Shown: positions 1-11,359 of the stretch, one piece after another | Layout: every line of letters begins with the position of its first letter | How positions within the stretch are numbered: the first letter of the stretch is position 1 | Assembly: GCA_964036045.1 (NCBI GenBank) | Contig: OZ038379.1 | Span: 2,108,001-2,172,000 of the forward strand | Reading direction: 5' to 3' | Length of the DNA: 64,000 nt | Source: Eutreptiella sp. 'Long Island Sound 2002' | Lineage: Eukaryota; Protista; Euglenida | The notes under the pieces: generated by a model | Told to the model about the DNA's origin: nothing | Database searches by the model: none | What the model saw: the letters and a program-made list of their open reading frames with translations, nothing else | Made by a program: the position numbers and the translations under genes

Positions 1-290
1 ACAGCCACTTACACCGGTGTATTCTGCAGTAGAGTAGTGATCAGCAGGTAGGACCAAACGCATGCATGCATGAGTCCATATCACCACCGTTGTTCACTTG
101 AGCTTGAGTATCGCGGTCATTTGATATACACATCATGGGATTAGGCACATTTAACATACAGACCACACCACATAGGTAGCACAACGTCAGGCGACAGGGC
201 AGGACATTGAAAGCTAGGCATCTCATATGCAAAAAACCTTTCCACATCCCAAAAGAATGCTGTCCCACAGGCTTGCTCCATATCTTGCTG

Positions 291-1536
291 TCATCGTTCC
301 ACAGGGACAGTGTACAGGCTGAGTTCATCCCATTTGTTCAGACCCTTTCTAAGATTTCCGGTCCACCATTGCTTAGGCATGTCTTTCCTATACAGGAGAC
401 TCAGGACCCTTTGCAGGTTCAACCTTTTCGTTTCCGGTGTAATCCAGTAGTGCAGACATTTTTTAATCACCGAAGGGATCCATGACTGTAGCATGCACTG
501 TGCATTGGGTGCAGTGGCATCTAACATCTTTTTCCACTGTGGCGGCGACGACCCCTGCATTGGTTGTTCAGCATAATTAGGCAGAGACAGCGGAATTGGT
601 CCACAAGGGGAGTTCAGCTCACACTCCAGGAAGGTTAGTTGTTGGCCCTGCTGCTCAATTGTGATTTCCATATCCGTCATGGTAGCAAAGCCTTGCTGGA
701 CTGTCGTAGTCCAGAGATCTAGTGAGAAATCATGCGTTGTGGGCTGGTGTAGAATAAGGAAATTATCTCTATAGCGCAACCACATCAGATCATTGAGCAC
801 AGCCGGCAAATCTCCCCTGAGTTCTCTATAGATCAAGACCAGTGAGGCTGCCTGCGCAGATGTTGAACCCCCAATGGGGATCCCAGTATTCTGTGACATC
901 ACTGAAGACAGGGAAACAAAAATGTCATTGAGATGTAATTCAAAGACCATGTAATGTACAACGTCATGAAATGTGAACTTATAAAAGAAATCTTTGGATC
1001 CGTGGGCTGTGTTGTCCATTTTGCGGTTCCCATCTTTTGCCAAGTAGAACTCCACAGGCCCCCTGGTTTTCTTTTTCTCTTTTAACTGGTCGTGAATCCA
1101 CACAAGAGCCGGGATAATGTCAGACCTCGGGATCTCAGGAAACATTTCCTTTACATCCATTTCAGTCCAGAAAGGCGACCCCGTCCCCGTAGACTTAGAC
1201 ACATCAATTCGTGACAACCATGCTTTTATGGTGTGTAGCATTTGGGGCATCGCAATCAGTTCACGTGATTTCAGCACATTAATTAATCGCCATTTTCCAC
1301 AACAAAGTGAGAGCACGGCCCATCAGCTTACATATCTGTTGGAATGGATGGCAGGCATAGGTTAGCACTTCCCTCATTTTGATGACAGGCGGGGATGCAC
1401 ATTCCTGACTCTTGTACTTCAACAGAAGTTGGCAGTTCGGTGCCGGCAGTGCCCGACAGCGTGCTTTCCCATGCCGACCGCCTGTCGTGTGGTACGATAC
1501 TGTAGGTGTCGCATAGCATTCACCGTCACGAACCAT
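291..1536 (-). pseudogene. Penelope-like element (PLE) reverse transcriptase, frameshifted relic
   Basis: ORF 291-1316 has PLE-type RT motifs: MDVKEMFPEIP (motif A), QNTGIPIGGSTSAQAAS (motif B), WLRYRDNFLI (motif C variant) and LTFLE. Upstream ORF 1279-1536, in another frame, has KMREVLTYACHPFQQICKLMGRAL, resembling the PLE R-P-I-I-S...P...L segment, so there is a frameshift near 1280-1316. Confidence 0.8.
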
Positions 1537-1748
1537 GTCCAGTGACCAAGCAACTCAAGAAGTGTTTAAACTACCGCCGACTGTCCACTGCATCTACTCC
1601 TGATCTAAATCTGAATCTGAATTTTGACTTAACACCAGAGCCCTGCCCTTTGGCTGGCAACCCTTTAAATACGTCCTGGAGCCCACAAGAATATTCAGGT
1701 TTGCCCTCTTTTTGATCGCTATGACACCATGAATACGTTTTCAGCACG

Positions 1749-1930
1749 CATGTAACCGTTGGGGTGTTACCCGGGTAACGTGTTGCCATACCCCCAGAGG
1801 TGAATACCTGTGTGTTACCGCCCATGTAACCCCTGGGGTGTTACCCGGGTAACGTGTTGCCATCCCCCCGGAGGTGAATACCTGTGTGTTACCGCCCATG
1901 TAACCCCTGGGGTGTTACCCCGGTAACGTG
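1749..1930. repeat. 74-bp tandem repeat, ~2.5 copies, GTTAC/GTAAC-rich
   Basis: CATGTAACC recurs at 1749, 1823 and 1897. Confidence 0.9.
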
Positions 1931-1993
1931 TCACCACACTGCCCCATTCACAAAACCAAGGGTACAAATAAAGAAACACACCCTTGCACATCA

Positions 1994-4062
1994 TCACATC
2001 GGCGTCTCATCGTCGGCCCCTGGCTGCTCCTCACCCGGTGTCTCCGACGGCGGAGGTCCTTGCGGCAGTGGCTGGGGTGGTGGATCCTGGGGCCGGTACC
2101 TGTACGGGTCGGACCCATACGGGAGGCTCCCGGAGCTCGAAGGCATCTCCGGATCCCGACCGGTGTCACCAGCATCCTCATCCTGCGTGAGCAGCGGTGC
2201 CCCCAGGGCCGGTGGTGGCGAGTAGACCTGTGTCAAAAACGGATGCACGATTGCTACGTTTTCTACGCATTGTGCGCATGTCATGTCAATGGAAGGCACT
2301 GCGCACACCACCACTTTGCTGTCCACGGTTGCCGATGGGGTGGATCCTTCGTCCTCGGCCTCGGCGTCTTCCTTGGCCTTGAGTTCCTCCTCGGCCTTGG
2401 GTTCCTCCGCATGGGCAGCCTCCCCGCTGCTCAACTCCCTCGCCGTCAGGGGTGAGTAGGCCTTTGCCCGCTTGCCTGCTTCACCTGAAAACATAGAGAG
2501 ACACACAGCGTTACCCAGAATTTTTGTTACCCGGGCTTTCGAAAGTGTTACCGCGTGTGTAACCGATGGGGTGTTACCCAGAATTTTTGTTACCCAGGCT
2601 TTCGAAAGTGTTACCGCGTGTGTAACCGTTGGAGTGTTACCCAGAAATGTTGTTACCCAGGCTTTCGAAAGTGTTACCGCGTGTGTAACCGTTGGGGTGT
2701 TACCCAGAATTGTTGTTACCCAGGCTTTGGAAAGTGTTACCGCGTGTGTAACCGTTGGGAATTTTTGTTACCCAGCAGCAACAGAGCACAAAAAACATAC
2801 CAAGGCTTGGTGGTCTGGCCTCCACTTCCATTGCCTGCACCCTCGCCCCCACCCTCGAGCCCCAATTCGGTTCACCATGACAGGGATGGCGATTCCCAAC
2901 CTACATGGGAACACAGTGGGGAACAGTGAGATGGCAGTTAAACATACCAATGTGCTGTTACCACGTGTGTAACCGTTGACCCGTTACCAGGGTAACACGA
3001 ACCACACACCTTCCAGTCAGTGCCCATCCAAAGCTTTCTCTTCTTCTTGCACTTGTGGCTCTGGGGTCTTCGGCCGCGTTGAGGGGGGTCCCATCTTCAG
3101 CCACAATGGCCGCACCTGTCACCCCCAGACACTGCTGGTAGTGGGTTGCAACCTGTTTGAGGCTGGACCCCAACTCTTCCCTGACATGGGACTTCGCCCG
3201 TTCAAGGTGTTGTAGGTAGGTTGTTGAAGTAAGAGTTTTTTCTGCCCTTGTGGGGCGGGCAGAGATGGACTTTGCCCCACCAGAAGCCGGCCCGGTAAAC
3301 ATAAAACTGGGGTGTGCCGTCTTCCCTTTCGCCTTTTTTGTTTTCCCCTTGGTTTGTGGTACTGGTTCGTCCTCCTCAGGGGTTCCTTCCTCCTGGACCA
3401 CCACCTCCTCGTCAGTCCCTGGTCCCTGGTCATCATCATCATCATCACTGTCCACCTCCTTGTCAACATCCATTTGGGACCTCTGCCGGACTGCCTTGGC
3501 TGCAACTGAAGCTGGGGTGAGTGTTCGGGTCTGTTTTGGGGGCTTCAAGGCTGATTTGGTGGGGGCTTTGCTGGCTGCTGCTGAATGACTGCCTGTTGCC
3601 TGCACCTCCTTGCCCCTGCCCTTCTCTTGCCCCCCTTTGTAAAATCCCCAGGTGTTCCCACACTCCTTTGCCTGAAAGGTCACTGGCCCGTGGAGGGTCT
3701 AGATGTCCAGACATTCCCCCTCATCAACGTCGTAGGCCAACGCCGTCTTCATGGTCAGGGCCGAATGGCTGCCCTTGGAAACCCAGCCGCAAACAAAGTT
3801 GGGCTGGCCTTGTTTCTTGGCCTTCAACTGCAAGGAAAGTAAGTGCAGTAAAAATGGGGGGTGTTACCACGTGTGTAACTGGTAACAGGTACGTGTTACC
3901 CAACCCGTTGAAAACAGGTCACAGCAAGCAATGGTGCAAAGGGGATACCTGAAGGACCACAGGAGCCCCGGCACGGGCAACATCACCCCAGCGGACACTG
4001 TACAACGTCGATCCGGCAGTCAGCTCCTTGTGAAACTTCTTGGGAACCGGCGGAAGGGGCAT
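1994..4062 (-). CDS. Spliced gene of unknown function (acidic/basic low-complexity protein), possibly pseudogenised
   Basis: ATG at 4062. Exon 4062-3949 (38 codons, CAG|GT) joins in phase 0 to an exon starting at 3827 (TTGCAG|). Further acceptors at 3671 (TTTCAG|) and 2484 (TTTCAG|) open ORFs 2958-3683 and 1994-2506. Phase across the last intron does not fit cleanly. Confidence 0.45.
2510..2775. repeat. 63-bp tandem repeat, ~4 copies (intronic)
   Basis: GTTACCCAGAA recurs at 2510, 2573, 2636 and 2699. Confidence 0.9.
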
Positions 4063-4100
4063 AATGAGGAAAAACAGGGCCCTAATGGGACATGATTGGC

Positions 4101-4282
4101 ATGTGTAGTGTTACCGCATGTGTAACCGCTGACCTGTTACCCAGGGAAAATGTTACCCAGAGTGAGAGATACCTCTGCAGATCTATTGGGCACATGTGTA
4201 GTGTTACCGCAGGTGTAACCGCTGACCTGTTACCCAGGAAAATTGTTACCCAGAGGGAGAGATGCCTCTGCAGCTCTATTGA
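4101..4282. repeat. 93-bp tandem repeat, 2 copies
   Basis: ATGTGTAGTGTTACCGCA occurs at 4101 and 4194. Confidence 0.85.
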
Positions 4283-5280
4283 GCACAATTTTAGGTTTGC
4301 AAGAAATAGGCACGTCAAATCAAGACAAAAAAATTCATTGTGGAGTGCAAGGGTGTTAAGATCAAACTGACAGGGTCGTGAAGGTCGCGTTTTCTTGAGG
4401 GAATTTTATTTTCAATTATTATTGCACCTCTGCCCATTTGGTTGTTGTTACCGCTGATGTAACCGCTATGGTGTTACCCCGTATACCTATTACCGCGAAA
4501 CTCAAGGCTTGCAGCAGAACACACGACGGGCAGGTAACACATTTGCGGTAACAACAAGCACAAAAAGGCAAACTTTGCAATTCTTCCTGTCACATGTGTT
4601 GAATGAGAGGGTGACACTATGTTACCAAGGTCAGGCACCTCAAAAAACCCCCATATAACCCAACTTGAAAAAAATGACCTGTTACCCCAAATTTGACCCT
4701 GTTACCGCCCTAGATAAAGGAATATAACTTATGACAACTCAGACACATGGGTTTCTCTCCTGACACGAACTCAGGTCCCTTGACGCCACACCTTGCAGGT
4801 GTTTTTGAATAACAATGCATTCTAATTTTCCACTATCTTTTCGCTGCTGTGGAGTATGGCCGACCCAGGGGCAGGAAACCCGGCTAACCACCGGGGCAGT
4901 ACACCCCACAGTAGGCCCAGAAACACAAAAGCAAACCACAAGTTTTCCACCGCCCCTCCAGCAGTTGACTGCATGGAAACAAACATGGAAAAACACACAG
5001 AAAGAAAAACACAGCCTGCACTCCCCAGTGCACCTGCATTTTTCTGTGCGAGCTGAACCCAGCCCCCTGCTTACAACAAGCCTCAGTGCAACCAATTCAT
5101 CACCAAAACCTACCAATCAATCTACACCAAGAAACCATCAGAGCCATCTTTTTCGCTTTCCTAGGCGAACCGCCTCCGTGATATATTCTGTACTCCAAGT
5201 AGTGTACATATTCTCACGAGGTCTTCCTTTGGGGGACGTCAGCCCCAGAACAAGTTGATGCGGTTAAGAACATTCAAAAA

Positions 5281-5364
5281 AAGGGTTTAAATGGTCGGTC
5301 CAAGGCTTTAGATGGTCGGCCCAGGGGTTTAAATGGTTGGCCCAGGGGTCTAAATGGTTGGCCC
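5281..5364. repeat. 21-bp minisatellite, 4 copies
   Basis: Unit ARGGGTTTAAATGGTYGGCCC at 5281, 5302, 5323 and 5344. Confidence 0.9.
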
Positions 5365-5399
5365 ACGGTTTACCATTATTGTTATACAGGATTTGGAAT

Positions 5400-6490
5400 C
5401 CCCTGCGAGCATGGGTTCCCTTGCACGGAGTGGCCAGATGGTCTACACACTTCAATCATTGTTGTCATGTGGCATTTGGACTCCCATGTGAGGATGCATT
5501 CAGCCGCAATGATTGTTGTTCTTTGGCATTTGGATTGCCCTGTTAGCATCAATTCACTTGCAATGAGTGGCTAGATGGTCTGCACACTGCAATCATTGTT
5601 GTTCTGTGGCATTTGGACTGCCCCGTGAGCATGAATACACTTGCACTGAGTGGCCGGATGGTGTGCACACTGCAAGCATTGTTTTTCTGCGACATGTGGA
5701 CTTCCTTGTGAGCATGCGCTCACTTGCACTAAATGGACAGATGGTCCGCACATTCCAATCATTGTTGTTATGTGGCATTTGCGCTGCCTTGTGTGCATGA
5801 ATTCACTTGCACTGAATGGCCGGATGGTCTGCACACTACAACCATTGTTTTTTTGTGGCATTGAACTCCGCTGTGAGCATGGCCATATCACGAGGTTTTC
5901 CTGACTCCCCACAGCCCCGCAAGCTGGGATCACTGCCACACAAGCGCATTCAGTCCTCAGGCAATGTCTGTGTTTTGTCGCGGCCAAGCGCACCGCTGCA
6001 TACTATTGTACAAATGTACACTGGGGTGCCTCTAGGGGCTAGCACGGTCATGGCCATCTTGCAGTGTGCCTGTTACCTTGGGAGGGAGGAGACCATCGTT
6101 TTTCTGTGGCATTTGGACTCCGTTGTGAGCATGGGATCACTTGCACCAAGTTGCCGCAATGTCTACATATTGCAACCCTTTTTGTTATGTGGCATTTGGA
6201 TTGCCCTGTGAGCATGGTTACACTGGTACTTATTGGCCGGATGGTCTGCACGTTGCAATGATTTTGTTTATGTGGCAATCCCAGTCCCGTGTGACCATGG
6301 GTTCACTTGCACTGAGTGGCCAGATGGTCTACACACTGCGATTATTGTGGTTTTGTGGCATTTGGCCTGCCTTGTGAGCATGAATTCACTTGCACTAAGT
6401 GGCCGGATGGTCTGCACACTGCAATCATTGTTGTTCTGTGGGGTTGGGAATCCACTGTGAGCATGGGTTCACTTCAACTAAGTGGCTGGA
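5400..6490 (+). repeat. 83-bp diverged satellite, two blocks separated by ~210 bp of unrelated sequence
   Basis: GAGCATG anchor at 5627, 5710, 5793, 5875 and at 6127, 6210, 6293, 6376, 6459. Confidence 0.9.
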
Positions 6491-7439
6491 TGTTTAATGT
6501 TATACACCCTGTGCCCCGGCCACATGCACGGGTCTAATCAATCACATTCGGGGTCGGCGAGGGTCCAGCCCCTTCCTTGCACCCCCCCCCCCAAAAGCCA
6601 CCCAGCAGGTTGCAGAGAGCACACTCATCAGCTAAGTGGGGGCTCATCTTGAATTCTTTGTCGGACTTGCTGAACCAAGCCAGGGATGGCATCTACTCGA
6701 TTCCAAGTGAAATCCGCTTGTTCTACCACTCTCTGGTATCCAACTTGGGATGTCTAGGCTTCGGCATGATCTCGATGGCAGCTGTTGAGGTTCTGGATCT
6801 CCAGGACATCACCACTTACCATTCAGTGAAAACATAGATTAAACAAAAACACATTCAGGCACGTGTGAATCATAGAATGCTAGTATTGTATAGGATTCAA
6901 GACAGAAACTCTAGTTTATCCGTAAACTTCAGCAGTCGTAGTTTGGTTAGCTTGTGTAGCCTATGTCGTTTCTTGGTGATGCATTCAACGACACGATGGA
7001 GCTCCAAAATAGGGGCATGGTTTGCACGGGTCGGGCAGACCGTCTCAGACGACGTTGAAGGAGGAAACCAATGTTTGACACATCGGGCTTATCAACAACG
7101 AAGGTGAATCGGGTCGCGTAACCAAAATGTGTTCCCGTAGTTTCGGAAGAATTGCATGCTGCAATAGTGCCCACACGGTAGGCATGCAATTATCCCCCTC
7201 CAAAATGATCGCATGCTGATGGGACACATTACATCGTTGTCCCTAATATGCTAGGAGCACGTTCGGTCAACCTCAAGGGAGGTCTGCAAGAAGAGCAAGT
7301 TGGGTATCAAGTCATGATCATCAGTATCATGTACGAGCCGAGGGAAGCGAGGCTGCAAGTTTTCTAGTTCCGGCTGCCATCGCAGTATGGATGCGGGCAC
7401 ATGATCATGCACAAAGACCTTGTTGAGAGCCACACCATG

Positions 7440-8223
7440 AGGCCACCTCTGTAAAGTGATGTGCGGTCTGTATCCATGGCCCAGTCTATTTTTTGGCAGC
7501 AAATGGATCGCCACTATCGCTGCAATGGTAGGCTCCTACTTTTCGCGGAGGAACTATTGGGAGCACACGTTGAAGCGTCGCACCCCAATTTGATATCCCC
7601 CGTATCCTTGCCCCAAGAGTACAAACGTAAGTTTCCGGAAAATCCCCTGCCTTGTTTGCGCGAGGAATGCCCACAGACCATCTTCCACTACAACGCGCAC
7701 CTGACCCTTTGCTTGATCCCAGCGGTCTGCGTATTGGAAATGCATGATTGTCATGAAGCTAGGATACCTGTGTGCACACGAGGTACTGCGCAATTGCATG
7801 GGATGTAAGATAGGTGGCCGATACCCGAACAAAATGTCAGCTTCTACGCCTCACAAGCGCATCAAGAAACCAGTCGGCATCCTTCTAACCCTGTCCCCGG
7901 AGTGCATTGCGAAACACCTCCCTTCCTCGTAGTTCTCTTCCTCCCCGAACCACAGTACACTTCAGTTTTACACTTACAAAAGAGGTAAACATTATCTGGG
8001 CATACTCTGTGCCATCCCGGGTTACAGTATACAGCATATATTGAAGTTCCTGCAGAAGGTATACACGTTGAAACTCCAGATAGAGTCCGTTGGACAAGTA
8101 TTGACCACGCTGGAGGCTGTGGTTGCATTGCATCCAGGTACAGAGCAGATCTCACTGTTTTGGAAACACAGAAACCCCCCGATGCCACACCCCAGTCAAA
8201 CGGTCATCCGCTTCGTCGATGCG
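7440..8223 (+). pseudogene. Second PLE reverse transcriptase, degenerate 5' part, interrupted by DIRS
   Basis: Degenerate motifs align in order with the RT at 291-1316: EYKRKFPENP (vs DVKEMFPEIP), GCKIGG (vs GIPIGG), FLVV (vs FLIL), LKLQIESVGQVLTTLE (vs MEITIEQQGQQLTFLE) and IRFVDA (vs KKMLDA). Confidence 0.7.
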
Positions 8224-8247
8224 GTACTGCGCTCGAGCCCCTTGACC

Positions 8248-8294
8248 CAAGTGAGGACCACTCTTCTCTGCCGGCGTGTTTGTCGGTTACTCTT
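8248..8294 (+). repeat. DIRS 5' inverted terminal repeat
   Basis: 47 bp, reverse complement of 14103-14149 with 1 mismatch. Confidence 0.95.
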
Positions 8295-8358
8295 TTCTTT
8301 GCCAGCGGTTGGCGGTCGCAGTCCCGTTTGTTCTGAATTGCAGTCAACTACAACAATT

Positions 8359-9438
8359 ATGGAGAATTATCAATTTATCGACGTGGATTCCTTGGTTTCA
8401 GACCTTCAAGAAGTATTGGGGCCAAAATTTCCGCTCGCCTGGGACCATTTATTCGAACGCCCTGAATTGTGGGCGTCCATTGCCCCTATTGGTTTGGAAC
8501 GTTGTAGAGAGCTCCTCAACACCGCGTTACAACACTGGAAGCCGTCTTTGAAGGTCAACAAATTGGCGTTGCTCATGCATCAACTTAGCGGCAAGGCTAT
8601 GGTTCATGGTGATAGTCAACCTTACCGAGACACCTTTTTGTACGCGTTGTCGTTGGTCTGGAACGTAGATTCGGTGGTGACTTTGGCGGACACTTTGGCG
8701 GAAGCAGCGTTCAATTTAGCTACGCGCGCAAACGGCGGTACCAAGACGGTCAATCAACCCAAGGCGGGAGATGAATTAAATGATATCAATAATGATGAGG
8801 ATGAAGTTGTCACCTTGCCGTATGATTCACCTACAATTGAGTTGCCACTTTGGTTTGAAGAGGCATGGAATCGTTCCCGGGACCCCGATGGAGAGAGATT
8901 TGACCTACGAAAGGTCTTAGAAGAATTGCCAATCGTGGCGCAAATTCCGAGGAAAGCGTACGACAATAATCACAACGCCGATGGTAAAGGATACTTGGAT
9001 AAATCCGTTAAGAGTTGGCAGCAAAAGCTTTTGCATGCATTGCGTATGTTAGGACACTTGTCCATTTCCGAAGGTGGCGAGGATTCATATGTTTCTTTAT
9101 TACATGTTTTTCACTTACTTGCAGAGTTAGAGCAATCATTGTGTGACTTTCGCAAGACTCAATCCGTTAAAGGTAGTGTCGCACACTCTAACCAACTTTT
9201 CACTAAGGAAGAACTTGCAAATGCTAATCTAGCGGCTAAGATCAACCGTCTTTCTTCCAAAGGATCTTCCAAAGGATCAAGAGGAAAAGGCAAAGGATTT
9301 CAATCATGGGGCAATTTTCGCCAATATGGCAAAGGCAAGTCCTACGGCCGAGGCTACGGACGAGGTTCTTATTCCTCTTACCCTCAATCCTCCACGCCTT
9401 CCGCCCACTCCGGTCCAAGAGGCCAAGGTTCTCAATGA
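8359..9438 (+). CDS. DIRS gag-like ORF1
   Basis: First ATG after the 5' ITR. 359 aa with an RG/GY-rich basic C-terminus; overlaps the start of the RT ORF. Confidence 0.75.
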   Translation: MENYQFIDVDSLVSDLQEVLGPKFPLAWDHLFERPELWASIAPIGLERCRELLNTALQHWKPSLKVNKLALLMHQLSGKAMVHGDSQPYRDTFLYALSLVWNVDSVVTLADTLAEAAFNLATRANGGTKTVNQPKAGDELNDINNDEDEVVTLPYDSPTIELPLWFEEAWNRSRDPDGERFDLRKVLEELPIVAQIPRKAYDNNHNADGKGYLDKSVKSWQQKLLHALRMLGHLSISEGGEDSYVSLLHVFHLLAELEQSLCDFRKTQSVKGSVAHSNQLFTKEELANANLAAKINRLSSKGSSKGSRGKGKGFQSWGNFRQYGKGKSYGRGYGRGSYSSYPQSSTPSAHSGPRGQGSQ

Positions 9439-11359
9439 CTCGCAAGTCCCTCTATATATGCGGTTAAGAAACCGGTTGCAATGGTGGGAACAACACGCCT
9501 CTCCGCTCGTTGTTTCTTTGATCAAACACGGGTTACCCGCCGATTGGATATTGCCACCCCCACGCCCTCGCCCACTTTTTCACGCTCACGCTACACAAGA
9601 AATACAAGACGCGTTGGCAATCATGCAAGAATATCTAGAGGTCAAAGCAGTTCGCCGCGTGAATCTTCACTCAGGCATGCATTTTGTTCCATGGTTCATG
9701 ATCTACAAACCAAAACCCCGGTTCATAAGTGCGTGCGTGGATATCAACGCAAGGTTGCGTCCGCCGCCTTATTTTCGTTTGCCCAATTGGGGAAAAATCT
9801 TTCCTTATTTGGTAAAAGGTCATTGGGCACTCAAGATAGACTTAAAGCACGCCTATTTTCACCTCGCGCTCAGCCCCGAGCTAAAAAGGTATTTCAATTT
9901 TCAAATAGGATCCAACGTGTTTCAATGCGATTCCGCGTGCTTCGGGCTCCATTACATCCCGTATTATTGGACACAGCTAATGAAAACGTTCTCAAGCAAG
10001 TGGAGAGCGTTGGGGATCGTGGTCTTTATATATCTAGACGACATCATAATCTTAGGCCCGTCGCGCCGTTACTTGCTCCGCGTGCGCCCTCTGATATTGA
10101 GAGACTTAGAAGCCAGTGGAGTGACCATCAATTTTCTCAAATCCGTGCTAGAACCATCCCAAGTTATAGACGCCCTAGGCTTCGTTGTGGATTTCACAAA
10201 AGGAGAACTATTGGTTCCCGCTTGCAAGCGCAAGGGCTACAGGAAGGAAGCAGGAAAAGTTTTGGTTTCACCCGTCATGACGCCCCGCAAGATGGCGGCC
10301 ATTTTAGGCCGTTTTCGGTCTCTACTCCCAGCCATGCCAGCGCTCCGCGCATTCACCGATTTACTCGTGCAGTTCGTGCGAAGAGTCGACGATGTCGGTT
10401 GGGACACGCCATGCGTAGTGCCAATCGAGTTGAAAAATCAAGTGCGCACCATCACAGGTTTGCTACATTCTTGGCCACGTCGCAAGTTTGTGACAAGCAA
10501 CCAACAACCCCAAAAACATTTGGCCTCCGACGCCACATTGTTTGCGTGGGGAGGTCTCAACGTGCAAGACCCCCGACAAATGGTGCACGATTTTTGGCGT
10601 TTCACAGGGCACATCAGCGACAAGGAATTAATAGCGGCGGTGAACACCACACAATCGCTAGCCAAACCCAACGAAATAGTGGCTTTGGATGTGGACAACG
10701 CCACCGTTTATTCTTATTTAACAAATCAAGGCGGCAAGGTTCCACGGTTGAACAACCTGCTAAGACCGTTTCTCATTTGGTTGACAATGCATCGCATCGA
10801 ATTGCGTGTTCGGCTCGTACCGTCACGCCAGATGTTAGCCGACCCCATCTCTCGTTGGTCATTCGACCCAAGCGAATATTCTCTCAACCCTCTCATCTTC
10901 AGACAGATTCAAGACAGGTTCAAAAAGTTTTGCAGGCCGAGCATAGACATGTTCGCTTCTCCGAGCAACGCCTTGCTGCCCCTCTTTTGTGCCAGGTGGC
11001 CGCATCACCAAGCGATCCTCACCGACGCTTTGGCATGCCCACTGGAGACCGTAAAGGTTTGCTTCGCGCACCCCCCTTGGTCACTGATAGCACAATGGCT
11101 ACACCGGCTCAGAGCGAACCCCCATGTGACCAGTCTCACGCTAGTTCCTTGGTGGGATTCCGAGTTATGGTGGCCCCTATTAACCTCCTTGCACGTGAAG
11201 GGAACGCCAGTGCTTCGCATTCGCCCACGGTGGGGCCTTTATCTGAACTGTCAAGATCATTGCATGAAGAAACCAAGATGGCCCCTTCTTTGCATAGTGT
11301 TATCCGGCAGCGCCTACTCGCCCGGAATTTCACCGAGATTCAGATTGAGCAGCATTTAA
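9326..11359 (+). CDS. DIRS reverse transcriptase-RNase H-adenine methyltransferase-like polyprotein
   Basis: RT motifs: IDLKHAYFHL, FGLHYIPYYW, FIYLDDIII. RNase H motifs: SDAT, KELIAA, DNATVYSY, ADPISR. DIRS MT-like domain: IDMFASPSN, FAHPPWSLI, VPWW. Confidence 0.95.
   Translation: MAKASPTAEATDEVLIPLTLNPPRLPPTPVQEAKVLNDSQVPLYMRLRNRLQWWEQHASPLVVSLIKHGLPADWILPPPRPRPLFHAHATQEIQDALAIMQEYLEVKAVRRVNLHSGMHFVPWFMIYKPKPRFISACVDINARLRPPPYFRLPNWGKIFPYLVKGHWALKIDLKHAYFHLALSPELKRYFNFQIGSNVFQCDSACFGLHYIPYYWTQLMKTFSSKWRALGIVVFIYLDDIIILGPSRRYLLRVRPLILRDLEASGVTINFLKSVLEPSQVIDALGFVVDFTKGELLVPACKRKGYRKEAGKVLVSPVMTPRKMAAILGRFRSLLPAMPALRAFTDLLVQFVRRVDDVGWDTPCVVPIELKNQVRTITGLLHSWPRRKFVTSNQQPQKHLASDATLFAWGGLNVQDPRQMVHDFWRFTGHISDKELIAAVNTTQSLAKPNEIVALDVDNATVYSYLTNQGGKVPRLNNLLRPFLIWLTMHRIELRVRLVPSRQMLADPISRWSFDPSEYSLNPLIFRQIQDRFKKFCRPSIDMFASPSNALLPLFCARWPHHQAILTDALACPLETVKVCFAHPPWSLIAQWLHRLRANPHVTSLTLVPWWDSELWWPLLTSLHVKGTPVLRIRPRWGLYLNCQDHCMKKPRWPLLCIVLSGSAYSPGISPRFRLSSI

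Larger units (their letters stand above)
1749..4712 (-). mobile_element. Probable truncated DNA transposon (hAT-like TAGGGC terminus) with dense GTTAC/GTAAC subterminal motifs
   Basis: GTTAC/GTAAC clusters span 1749-4710. The right end reads TTACCGCCCTA (TAGGGCGGTAAC on the minus strand), the same TAGGGC terminus as the hAT relic ending at 16976. No matching left TIR or TSD was found. Confidence 0.4.

Noticed and set aside
6865-7107. GIY-YIG-like words (VLYRIQ ... RVGQT) upstream of the second PLE RT
   Set aside because: The spacing is ~40 aa rather than ~10, and there is no downstream R..EH motif.
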